Notes under the pieces: generated by a model
Seen by the model: the letters and a program-made list of their open reading frames with translations, nothing else
Databases searched by the model: none
What the model was told of the DNA's origin: nothing
Part shown: in pieces, positions 36,685 through 49,119 of the stretch
Numbering within the stretch: position 1 is the stretch's first letter
Layout: every line of letters begins with the position of its first letter
Program-made: the position numbers and the translations under genes
Assembly: GCA_043228905.1 (NCBI GenBank)
Contig: JBHGNT010000022.1
Coordinates: 124,001-188,000, forward strand
Reading direction: 5' to 3'
Length of the DNA stretch: 64,000 bases
Origin: Azolla caroliniana
Taxonomy: Eukaryota > Plantae > Polypodiophyta

Positions 36685-39600
36685 TTACACTTTGATGCCA
36701 AAAATACATTCACGAGTTTTTGCATTACTATCATCACTCATATCATGAGAATCGCCACTATAGCTAATATACAATGGTGACTTTTCCTCATCATCTTTAG
36801 ATGTACCAATCAAAGCATTGTCTTCATCTAAAACCAAATGTTGTGACTCCAAATTATGTGTACAAGATCTTGTTCGGCTTCGATCTAAGAAGCCTTGTAG
36901 ACTTGGCAATTTCTCTTTTATTATGTCTATTGTTGACTTCCTTAAACGTCCAACCTTTGTCAATGTAAAGTCGTACACAATGATATCCACCTCAATAATG
37001 TCAAGGGTCGATGTGTTACGAATATTTCTTTTCCTCTTTCTATCTCCTCTTGACATTAGGGATTCCATCATCTCCAATGTATACTTTCCTGTAAATGCAT
37101 TCTTGCTTCGAGTGTTGTACCAATGCACCCTTATAGACTTGATTTGATTTTCGTTTTCATGCATCACCACGTCCAATACTTTACCAATCTAGAATTGGTG
37201 CCTTGGGTCATTGTCATCTGCAAGTATAGAAATTAACATCCCAACCTTCAATTCTTGTAAGTTTCCCGGCCACCTGGCTTCCACTACTTTTATCATTATT
37301 GGTCCCACATAAATGTCTCTTTGTTGTGGATGCATCAAACTGTCAAGATTCACATTAGGTGCATGAAGTGGCGATTTAGAACCACGAAAGTGTTATATAG
37401 ACCACATAAATTGCATTTGCAAGGTCCAATTACTAGTGACACAATTATAAATAATTCCTTGTTGATCAGAAAAGAACACATCCCACCATGAGGTATCTTG
37501 TTGTGCAACATACTTCTTTGCATTTTCAATGTTACTCCCTCCCTGAGAAAACACCTTCAATTACCCTTCCTGAGTAATCCGGTCAAGGTATTTTGGTGTG
37601 AAGGAGAGCTAAGGTCTTAGTGTCCCACTGGGATTGTTGGCCGAGTCACTCAGGGGGGTATATGAATGTCCCGGTGCTCTGGACCATTTATTTAGATTGT
37701 TCCACGGGGATGGAATTATGACCATTGAAATATAAGAAAGATATGTTGTGGGATTGGCCACAATCAATCCTCTTATACATATAGAACTTATGTAGATATA
37801 TGTGTATATATCAATATAAAAAGGGACATCACACTAAAGTTAACCACCAAATATATTTCATTAGAAATGTGTGCACACAATTACAAGTACCGAATACTAT
37901 CGGTAAACACTCACTCACTCTCTATTCTTCTATTCTTGTCCTAGTCCTCCATTTCTCCCGCTTTTGTGTTTGCTAATACCAATTATATATATAGTCCCCT
38001 TATCTTTGACGTTTTCCAACCGTTCCTTCCTTAATAATCGGCTCCCTTTGTTTGGCTGCTAGTGCTCGGCTCCCTTTAATTTGTTTCCAACCTTGTCACA
38101 TTTGTCCTACCGGGTAACAGTCAATATGCTTCTTTTTGTCTTTTAAGGCCTTCATCCAAAAGTTTGTTGTTTTTCTACCAACTCACTGTGCACTTCATTT
38201 TTAGTCTCAATAGGCATTTGTTTTGCACCATAAACAGTAGTTACAGATGGCATATGAAGCAAGAACTAGCAACCGCCTTCAGGCTCCCATGATGGCGAAG
38301 ATGAATATTGCTTTGCATGTAACAATGTATAACCGATTATATCATTTTTCTTTATCAAGAAAATGTGATTGAAGCTTATATTGTTTAATTGAGCTAAAAC
38401 TTTAACATTTGCCTCCCCACCATCTGATATATATCTCCTAAAGTCATATATCTTCTTTTAATAGATCACATTCAGACGTGACGTATATGATTCACAAATG
38501 ACATCAAATAACTTTGGTAATGTGAAAGCATCATATCAAGACAATTGTCTCGAGAATTTACTAAATATCTAATCAATATGGTCGTGTGTGTGACCAACCA
38601 AAAGGAAGTTAACTTTCACTTTCCTAAACACTAAGATATCCGAAGACAGTTTAATTCTTGTTCTCCAAGCTGTATTGTCTAATTGAATGTAGAGAATAGG
38701 GGCAAGGGGTGTCCCCACCACATCAAAACCCTTTAAATCACAATAATTGTTAGGTTGGGGTCGTTCTGGACATTTGGGTAAGTAATGAAGACATGGGGTT
38801 TAATCATCCCATTATAAGCCATGCAACCCACCAACTGCACATCTAAATGAGACATTCGTGATTAACGTCTTTAGGAATCCTTCTAATATGAGGTAGACAT
38901 GTCTTTGTTTGGTCCATACCATCGATCACTAGACACATGTATTGTTCTAGATTCTTTAATGACTTCTCCCTATTCAATGACTTCTCTCTATGTTGCATCG
39001 CTTTCTTTCGCTCCAATACTTGGGCTTTGCGATGGACTTGTAGCAATTTTCTATGGATGTTCTTTTCCTTTGTTATTTTGGCACCTTTAGTCGAGCTCTT
39101 GAGGTATGCACATATCGAATATTACATCATGCGTACTTCCAAGGTATAATAACATTAGTAAATTGTGTTGTCCACAATCTTGTAAACTGGTTGTAGGTGA
39201 CGTATTTATCACTTGACGTATACATTTCCGATTTGTAAGCATCATATACTTCTTGTTGAGTGTAATTATCTGACAGATGCAATCTAGTTGGCATTACTTC
39301 GCAATTAAGTTTAAAGTAGTTCTTCATCCAACCGATTGCATGTCTTCCAACTACCCCTTTCATACTTGGAACATTTCTGCAATTGATATTGACATCATCA
39401 TTGCGAACTCTTTTTTGCACTCTATGTAATCTCACGTTGCTAACACATAAAGAAATTTTAAATGCAACTCTACAACATTGTTGTGAGCTATATAGATAAT
39501 ATTCAAAACATATCGAGATGTCTGTTGATAAGTCAGACTCCATTTGCATGTGTGTCACAAGATACGTGTCTTCCTCATCATCAGTGAGTGAAAAATAGTA

Positions 39601-39900
39601 ACATTGCAATGCCCTTAACTTATCCTTCCCAAACATGGGCATGCACCCACATGCACAACATGACTTGGAGACATATAATGACACTTGTCTCTCTAATGTT
39701 ACTAGGTCAAACCTATCTCGACGTATTTGCCATGGAACCCTCATAAAATGCATAGGGCTTGACGACCGAATATCTTCTACACATACATTTGTAACCTCAT
39801 TTAATTCAAGAATGCCAGTCTGTGCACTACTTACAACAGTTGTGGTAGCTTGATTGATGTTCCCTTCATTGGCTATCTCCACATTGTAGTCGTACTCATC
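36685..39900 (-). pseudogene. Sola1-like (DUF7869-type) DDD transposase of a DNA transposon; degraded and split by a solo LTR
   Basis: Manual minus-strand translation gives CLVIDGMDQTK (about 38910), LYIQLDNTA.ENKN (about 38680) and VNFLLVGHTHDHID*IFS (about 38560-38610), plus a Cys-rich N-terminus (CCACGC, CCRVAF). The frame rejoins across 37530-38119 (KKHIE|NAKKY). Confidence 0.75.
37530..38119. repeat. Solo LTR inserted in the transposase
   Basis: TGTTAC...GTAACA ends; TSD TTCAA/GTCAA. Confidence 0.82.
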
Positions 39901-40195
39901 AACGAAATATGCCTAACTTAGCTCAAGAGTTTGAGGAGTTTGAGGAGATGATAGACCTTAGCTGATTGTGTTGACATTGAATATTCGCTCATAGAAAATG
40001 ATGTGTTTTGACTCATGTCTCTCAGCACAAATGATGGACTCTCCAAATGTCACTTTATTGTTTAAATAAGGTCCTCTTGAACAATATAAGAGAGGATTCA
40101 ACAATAGAATAAATATATAAATACATAAATATGTTTATATATTTAACTATACATAAGTTAAACTTATATGGTTACTTCAAGTACCTAAAAATAAC

Positions 40196-40946
40196 TGATA
40201 TTAAGTTTAAGCTTGAAGACAATAAGGTTGTCTGAGTCAGCTTGTGGCAAGGAAGTAGATAGGATCTTGTGTGGAGTTAGTTTGTATAGCGTGTGCGAGG
40301 TCGTTGTCTCTATAGCAGACATAGCATGAGACAGAGAGAGAGTGTGTGTGTGTTTTGTGTCATGTTGTGTCTCTGTTGTAACCGCCATCAGGCGAAGAAG
40401 ACGAGCTCAAGGTTGCTTGCTGCCTAGGAGTCTCAGTGTATTCCTCTCATATCATAGTGAAATAGTTCGGAGACCCCCGTCATTTTTCCCTGTTAGGGTT
40501 TCCACATTAAAATACCTTGTTTCTGTATTTGTGTTTTTCTGTTTTCTGTCAGTTTAAATCTTTGCACCTCTCATACGTGAGTCTAGAACCAGTTGTGGCC
40601 AGCTTCGATCTCATCAAACTGGTATCACTCATTTGGCGGCATGTTCAAACTAACCGGCCCCAACTATTCAGTGTGGAAGTTGAAGATAAGGAAGATGTTG
40701 GTGTGCAAAGATTTATGGTTGCCAGTGCAGTATGGTAAGACCAAGCCGAACAAGATTGATGCATCGACTTGGGAAATCATGCACCTGAAGGTGGCCGCAT
40801 ACGTAAGATTTTTTATAGACATGATTCTATACACCAACTTCAATGAAGAGAACAAGGCATATGTCCTCTGGGAGAAGATCGACATTAAGTTCGAGAACAA
40901 GAATGCCCATTAACAGGGTCTCAGTCTTTAGGAAGGTCGTGAGGCT
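40196..40946 (+). mobile_element. Ty1/Copia 5' end: LTR 40196-40616, iMet PBS, gag start
   Basis: TGAT...ATCA ends; TGGTATCA at 40620; gag KLTGPNYSVWKLKI...DLW. Confidence 0.8.
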
Positions 40947-42355
40947 TGTTGAGAACTAAGGCCGTCAGTGCAGAAACATCAAGAACACCTTGAGATGATG
41001 ATCATCGAGTGCACAAGTGAAGGCAAGATCAAAACATAGAATGAGACAAAGAGAGACAACGAGGCACACAATGTAAGAGTTCTTATTCAATGGTTACAAT
41101 ACAATGGAGGCAACAACTCTCTAACAATAGCAACAATTAACAACAACAACAATAACATTATGAGCTAGGTTACAAAGCCCGTTATATACTAACTGGGCTA
41201 GGGCAACTGCCCTTTGAAATATTTACATAAATATCCTCATCTGAGATTATCCAAGGGATAGTGTGAACATTAGACACCCACATTCGATACTCCCCTATAA
41301 TGAACATATACACAATAAGGAGAGACCTGTAATATAAAGCAAAAGATACAAGTTATACAAGGAGATGCTCAAAGCTATCTCTGTTGTCCGACTTGATAGT
41401 ACAGATTGCTCCTTAAGCCCATTTGGTGCTGAAGTGACTAGAATCGATCAATTGCGAGGCACTTGGTCATTCCATATGATATGTTATTGGTCATTGGAGA
41501 TCTTCTCAAGGCCGAGCTTCCTTGAAGTTACACAGTCCCGAACAAAGTGATACCGAACATTGATATGCTTGGAGGCGTTGGGATGCACCTGATTCTTCGA
41601 CAGGGCAACAAAACCTCGATTGTCGTTGTAGACAACTAGAGCCAAATTGGGTTTAGCTTGTCAAAACGTACACGCTAATCGACCGAGCCATAGAACCTCT
41701 TTTGCCACATCAAACATCGCTACATATTCTATCTCGGTCGTTGAAGTGGTCGTGCATCTGAAGTTTTAATTTCCACAAAATTCTTGCATTGCCAAATTTG
41801 AAGCAGTATCTGGTTGTTGATTTTCGACTGTCCAAACAGCCAACGAAATCTGAGTCGGTGTAACCGACTATGCTTGAGTTTTTGTTCGGGCTGAAGAGGA
41901 TGCCAAGGCCTTGTGTGCCCACCAGTTATTTGAATACATGCTTAACTGCATTCCAATGCGATCGGTTTGGGTTGTGCATGAATCAACTGACGACCCCTAC
42001 GACATGAGCAATGTCAGGCAATGTCAGGCAATGTCACGACCATCGCGTACATCAAGGAGCCAATTGTCAGTGCATATTTGTACCGACTTCATAGCTTCCC
42101 CCTCCGGACTGGATGTCGAGCAATCTCTCTGAGATAACCGAAGATGAATGGGGAGCGGGGTCAAGGCGAATTTGGCCAATTGCATGTTGAAGCACTCTAA
42201 GACACGTCTAATGTAGTTGGCTTGAGACAAGAATAGTTGTCGTTGATTCCAGAGCCAACTAATCTTCATTTTGAGAATGTGCCGAGCAAGACCTAGGCCC
42301 TTCATTGCGAACTTCAATCGCAGTTGTTGAACATGTTCGGCATAGGAGTTCAAGC
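40947..42355 (-). mobile_element. Ty1/Copia 3' end (RT C-terminus, RNase H, PPT, degenerate LTR about 40947-41289)
   Basis: FAMKGLG...LSQANY, GYTDSDFVGCLDSRKST and SKHINVRYHFVR; PPT AGGGGAG next to the LTR. Confidence 0.8.
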
Positions 42356-43000
42356 TTGGAGAACTTCAAGCTCGGTTGATGACAAGTTGTAGATCGGTAC
42401 CCATGGTGGTTTTTTTCCGGGTTGTAAGTCAATGGAACAATCATATGGTCAATGATGAGGAAGAGTACTAGCTTTTACGTTATCAAAAATGTTGATGTAC
42501 TAATTATACTTCTTTGGAAGTTGAATTGTTAACTCCTCCTTAGTGGTGTTGGAAGGTTTCACTGATACTTGCAAATACAAACATTTCTTCCTAGCGTCCT
42601 TCCTCATGCAATTGATGTAGCGAAATCGTTGAAATCTTATGAGTAGATCCTCGAGGTTTTCGATACCCTATTTCTCTTGTTCTCCAATCTACGCCCGGAT
42701 TGTGTAATTCAAACCATGGTAACCCCAAAACAATCGGATGCTCTAGACTACTAATTATATTAAATGATACTAAACATGCCAATTTATTTAGGACAACATT
42801 AATTGGCTTTGACTCTTCTATGATATTTCCGTAAGCAGCAACCATCAATAAGTACTATAGAAGCTAGACAAGGGAGTTTTCTTAGGGATATCTAGTGAGC
42901 TTCGACAAAATCCTTATCCAGGAAGCAAGAATTGGCTCCGGGATGTAGGAGTACTAAGACATGTATTGGAGGATTACTTTTAGTTCTAATTGTTACTTGA
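42356..43000 (-). pseudogene. Chromovirus-type Gypsy fragment: protease to start of RT
   Basis: GANSCFLD; IVLGLPWFELHNPGVDW; PYDCSIDLQPG..PP..PIYNLS. Confidence 0.75.
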
Positions 43001-43004
43001 ACTA

Positions 43005-44280
43005 GGAAGACTAATGGCCAAATCGAAAGAGTCAACCAAATCCTCGAACAATATCTCTAGTGTACAGTAAGCTACCAACAAGAGGATTGGGTGGACTTCC
43101 TTGCCATGGCGGAATTTTCCTACAATAATAGTATCCATGCCTCCACTAAGGTTTCCCCACTCTTTGCAAACTATGGGTTCTACCCTCATTTCAGCATTTC
43201 CATTCTTGTGATTTCCGTCAATCCGTCCGTAGAGATGTGTGCCCACACTTTACAAGATGTTCATCATGACCTCTCCCTTGAGCTCCAGTTGCTGGCAAAC
43301 AATATCAAGATCATGTTAACCATCATCACTTGGTTGTGCCACCCTTTGCAATTGGTGACATGGTTTGGTTGCTACGCTGCCACATCACCACCACCTGTCC
43401 CTGCACGAAGCTAGACTACACAAAGCTAGGCGCCTTCCGTATCATCGAGCGAATCAACCCAATTGCATTCCGGTTAGCGCTTCCCCCAGCATTCATGATT
43501 CACAATGTTTTCCTTTATGTCTCTCTCCTTGAACTATACCATCCTTCTCGAATTCCGGGATGACAAGCTCCTCCACCGCCACCCGTGGAATTATTGATAG
43601 GGTAGGAGTACAAGGTTGACCAGATCCTCGACTCCCGCTTGCGGCAACGATGACTTCAATATTTGGTATCATGGAAAGGTTACCCCATTTCGGATGCCAT
43701 GTGGGAACCAACTCCTAAGGTGGTTTGAGCTTTTCATCAGCGATACCCATAGACGTCGGCCGCGGATTTTCGAAGGCAGCCTTACGTGGAGAATAATGTC
43801 ATAGACATATGCCACACCACGGTGGAAGGTAGGGATTGAACCCAAGACCTTCGCGTCTCCATTGGGCAACCCTACCAACTAAGCTACATCCATCGATGCA
43901 TCCTTGTATTAAAATCCAACTTCATGTATGGTAGATTGAACATTGGAAGTTCCTAGCTTGCATGCATTCTCTATTCCTAGCTTGCTTACATGCATTCTCT
44001 ATTCCTTGCTTGCTTACATGCATTCTCTATTCCTTGCTTGCTTACATGCATTCTCTTTTCCTAGCTTGCATACATGCATTCTCTATTCCTAGCTTGCATG
44101 GATCTTCTATTCCTAGCTAGCATACATATCTCTACCTTCTTGTATAAATACTTAGGGGCACCTTGATTCTAATCAAGGTGAACAACACCAGTTACGAAAT
44201 CATAAGTCAAGTTCTTGTTCTTTTTCTCTCCTAGTTCTTAGTCTCGTCTCGGTTCTACTCTATTATACTCATCCATGACA
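43005..44280 (+). mobile_element. Chromovirus 3' end: integrase C-terminus, chromodomain, 3' LTR (43797-44280)
   Basis: TNGQIERVNQILEQY, AEFSYNN and EYKVDQILDSR...YLVSWKGY....MWEP. LTR TGTCAT...ATGACA with a roughly 28-bp tandem repeat at about 43950-44120. Confidence 0.85.
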
Positions 44281-47200
44281 ACGAAGACTATGTACCGATT
44301 TTCGGTTCTTGTAGTTGCCAGCTTGAATGGTCCGACAAAGTCGAGACCCTATTTCTGAAACGGCTCCCATGGTAATACCGGTTGGTGCGGCATTCAATCC
44401 CTTTCAGTTGGTTGTCCGGTCTGCTAGCATAAATTGCATTGTCGACAGTAGTTGATTGCGTCCTTTGTGGTGGTCCACCACTGTAGACCACTATTCCAAA
44501 TTTTCTGGCAATCATTTCCCCAGCATAATGTCCTCCGACAATATTGTAATGGGCCTCACGCAAAACCACTTCCTTTTCAAATTGTCAAACCGCGCGCCGC
44601 CATATGTTGTCTGCTCTCTTATGGTATAATGTATCGTTTAACAAACAAAAATTCCGACTCCGAACCACCAACCTCTTTCATTCATCTAGTGTCATTCCTT
44701 CTGGTGGCAATCCGTTACTAGGAAAGATTGTTATTTCCGTAATCCATAAATCTACCTTCTCTTCATCCATTTCCATGGACGTCACTATGTCAAATCAGAA
44801 GAATTGACCATCGGGAAAATCATCCTTTACTCCTGTACCCGACTCTAGTCGACTTGAATAGTTGGTTACTACATTTTGCACCACTGGTCAGTGAATTATG
44901 TCAAATTCAAATTCTTGCAGCAGCAATGTCCATCTGGCTAATTTTCCTGTTAATTCTTGTTTCGACACCAGGAATTTATTAACATTATATATCATGCCGA
45001 AAGCCTCACGTTTGGTTGTCGAATAATTTCGTTTGGTCATTAGTAAGTTGACCTGTACCAGTTCGATTGCGTTAGCTGCATTAACGAACTTCCAGTTGCT
45101 ACATTTGATGCATCGACAAAGACATGAAAATCTTTCTTCCAATCGAGAGGTTGTACGACCGGAAACTTAGTTAGCATCTTCTTTAGACAATCATATGCAT
45201 CCTGGTCAGCTGTCATCCATTGAAAAGGCACTTTATGAATGGCCGCATGTAAGGGTGTCACTACATCTGCTAGATACTGAATCATTCGACTATGCCATCT
45301 GATCTGGCCCAAAAATTGACTGACGGCTTTGGCAGTTGTCAAAGGTGGAGCATCCATGATTGCCTTAACCTTGTTTGGGTCGACTATGATGCCTTCTTGA
45401 TTGACTATATACCCGAGCAGTGTACCACTTGTTACACCAAACCTAGTTATATCCACTAAATCCAACTAGAAAACTATGGATTTTGTGGCTTGCCATCGCA
45501 TCTAGAACTCCATCAATAAATGGTAACCGAAAACCATCTCTTACCGTAGTCGCATTCAGTTTTCTGTAATTGACACATACCCTAATCTTTCCGTTTTTCT
45601 TGGGTACGATGACTATTGGACTTAACGAAGTTGCCTTTTTTACTAGACGAATGAAGCCAACCCTAAGCAGTTTGTCGATTTCCTCTTTAACTTTAACTGC
45701 ATAATTTGAATTTAGCCTATATCACCGTTATTGTACTGGCTTTGCATCTCTATGTAAGTTGATTTCGATGCTGACAGAACACCGGATCTAACCCCTTCAT
45801 ATCTTCAAACGACCATGTGAACACATCTTTATACTGTCCTAATAGGTCAGTCATCTTAGCCTTTTCAGCCGACTCCATTTCCTTAGCGATCAAAATCATC
45901 TTTGGTTCGGCATCCTTGTTAGCTAAATTTCATTCTTCCAATGCCAATGCCTAAACTCTTTGGGATACATGCATCTCCCTTTCCATAACTTCTTGTTGGA
46001 GTCGTATTTCCTTCATTGTTTTGTCGTCGACAGGAATCTCCTGTTCTTTCACCTCCTCACCGAAATATGGTGTCGACTTCGAATAGTGGAATAATTTTTC
46101 GATTATCCTCGAAGTATTGTTCTTCTTCGGCATCATCCAATCCTTCCATCATGTTTACAGCTTCGGCATGGATTGGTAAACATTGCCGAGTCGTGCTAAC
46201 CTTTTCTTGTGTCGACATCTGAATTTTGTTCTTACCCTTTCGGAATGTCAAAGTGTTCTTGTTCCAATTGTATTTAATGTTAGCAGTTTTTAGCCAAGGG
46301 CGACCTAATAACAATGGATATGCATCGGGTGCATCTAGATGAAGCACTACTGCGGAAATTTGAAAAGTGTGGCCTCCTATAATAATATCTAATTGTCGAA
46401 GTAGACCAAGTGATCATACCGTGCTTGTGTTGCCCATTCGTAACCAGAAGGGACAATCATCCCATTTGGTAATACCAAGCCGATCGCATGTGAGTTTATT
46501 AATCACATTAACTCCCAAACCCCCATCGAGAATACTTGATGTGAATTCCCGGCCACGAATTACCACGTTAATTGATGGACTTTGTTCATCCATCATCATC
46601 GATCTCGTAACCGGATTACTATAATTGACCGACACTTTATCTGCCCCATTCTGTGCAATAATTGTGTCTACTTTCTTAGTAAAACAAGGCACGAATTTCA
46701 ACAAGCCAGTCAACGGTAATGACACTTGGCAATCTGCCATGACATTCTATGTCGCCTTGTCTTTAGTTGTTATAGTTGCCACCGTTTGCTCAACTAGCCG
46801 ACTCTCCAACTTGTCTGTGTATATGACACTTTCTTGCAACATTCTGGCGACATTGTTGTTATTAGCCTCCTCAACCCATTGTTTGGTTGCTTTCCTTACT
46901 GCCTCCTACACTTCCCACTCTGATTGTTTACCCTTACTACGAGTGGTTACCTGATATATTTCTGGCATGACTATATTAACTGTCAGTGCTTTGCCTTTTT
47001 CTTTTGTTGGGCATTGGTTAGCATAGTGGCCATCTTTCCGGCAAATGTAGCAATTTAGGACTGATGAGCCACTCGACTTGTTGTTTTCATACTATGGATG
47101 ACAAGCATCTTGAGATTCACAATTATCCCTATATCTAGAATCATGTTGGAACTATCGAGATCCTTTCAACTTCTGATAATCATTGAATTGACGATTTGAT

Positions 47201-49119
47201 GGTCAATTGTCGTCATTACTTCTGTGCTTATTAGACCTTCTATTGTTTTGGTATCTTTCACCCCTATAAGGTTTCCGATTATTATCCCATCAGGTTGAGT
47301 AATCTCATTCATAATTGTTTCAATTATTGCGTTGATAGTTATCTTGTCGGTCATCTTCCTGACGATATCCATTATATCGGTCATCACACCGATATTCACC
47401 GCGTTGATAATCATCTCGCCAATTGTCATCCCTACGATTCTCCTGTCCGTTATCATCGCGCCGCTCTGAGCGATACCGATCGTCATATCTTGGTTGATCG
47501 TCTTCTTGCGATTGATGCCCTGACCGATTATGATCCTCATGGACAGTATGCTTAGGGTAAATCTGGCGAACTGGTGCAGTTGTCTTATTGAAAAAATTAT
47601 ACTCACATTGGTCAACCGAATGAGCCTTGGAATGGTAAATCATACAATGAGTACATAAACTACATTCCATCATCGAATGCCTGGTGTTGAGATAAGTGGT
47701 ACATTGCATTGCTTGGCGGAACCACAACTCTTTTAATGTAGGTAAATTTCTGTGTGATGCTGACATTTTCATACTATTATTAGTACGATCCATTGCTAAA
47801 GCTTTATCTATCACTTGCTCCAATGATTGATTCCAAAAATCGAGCAATGCTAGAGTTGTTCAGAGAGGCTCACGTATTGCTTCCAAGAAGATATCCTTCA
47901 GCTCTTCTTCTAGAAGTGGTTGTGAAATTTGGAGTCACAAATTTTGAAACCAAATCACAAATTGTGACACTATTTCATGAGGCTCTTGATACGCCACATA
48001 AAATTGGCTAATTAGATCTTTCTGTGGGATCTGTCAATGAAATAATTGGGTAAACTTTGTGGCTAATTGTTGATGAGTCGAACGCCTTTGGCCTGTTTTG
48101 CGCATACCTATTCGCCGATGGACCGTCAAGCGATAATACAAACTCAACGATTTTTTACCTTTCTTTGGTTGCAACCAACAATCACTATGCCACATGGTTC
48201 ACCTCCCATGTCGTCAGAAAATCATGCACATGCGTTTTCGCATCAGTTCCATCCCGATACTTCGAGTAAGGGGTAAGGGTAAGGCATATTCTCCTCCTCC
48301 CAAATGTCGTAAAAAGAACTATGTTCGGATTGTTCCTCGTCTGAATGACTATTAGTTAAATCGGGAATTGCACTCCACTCCCCCTCAGCTTATTGTTGAG
48401 TTTGATCGGTAGGTACCGAATCATCAGCATTCCCACCATCTACACATGGAGTCTCCGATCGTGTGCATGGTCTTTTTCAGGCTACAGGTGTATCCAGACT
48501 AGACAACATCCATTCCCCTTGATCGCTTGCCTATAGCAAATGTTACTAGGCGTGCCAAAATATTGTGTTGATCTGCTGACTGCCGACAAGTTACAATAGG
48601 TTGAATGTTCCTCCTCCAACGTTCTATCAAGATGATTGTGGTAGGAAATTGGATGGCTAGTAATAGTCTATACTCAGACTTGTTGTATAGAGCCCTGTTC
48701 CGTTTACTTAGTAACCGTGATCAACTATTATTCTTAATATAATTAATTAGTAGACATAGAATCAGAGTTAGACATAGATAGTAGTACAGAGTAGTAAGAA
48801 CATCATCGACAGAGATATACTCTAACTACTAACTTATATTAATTCAAAATAGAACGATAGGATTGCAATGCTCTCGGTCCCTTTTTATACGTGATCTGAG
48901 AGTTTCTCTTCAAGATTTACACTTGTCGTGTTTGCCAAGACTACAACAAGACTGTCCTAACTCTCTCTATTATTTTTCCTACTTGGCAAAATATATATTA
49001 TTTCATTTTTGACTCATCGATCTAACTCCTCGATCCAACTCCGACACTTTCATACTTGTTCGACTCCGACTTACTTTCACATTTGTCCGACTCCGACCCT
49101 GGTAGTCGGCCGGCTAATA
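44281..49119 (-). mobile_element. Gypsy element E (B-like, TGGCACGC PBS); 5' LTR about 48561-49119; 3' end missing
   Basis: Degraded gag; PR ILDGGLGVNV; RT/RH NYSTTKRE; INT GGHY. PBS at about 48546-48557. Confidence 0.82.

Noticed and set aside
39900-40195. Terminal inverted repeat of the Sola-like element
   Set aside because: No inverted match to the other side of the transposase or to 63.4-64 kb could be identified.
43822-43893. Functional tRNA gene
   Set aside because: The anticodon arm cannot pair and the stems have mismatches; reported only as a tRNA-like module.
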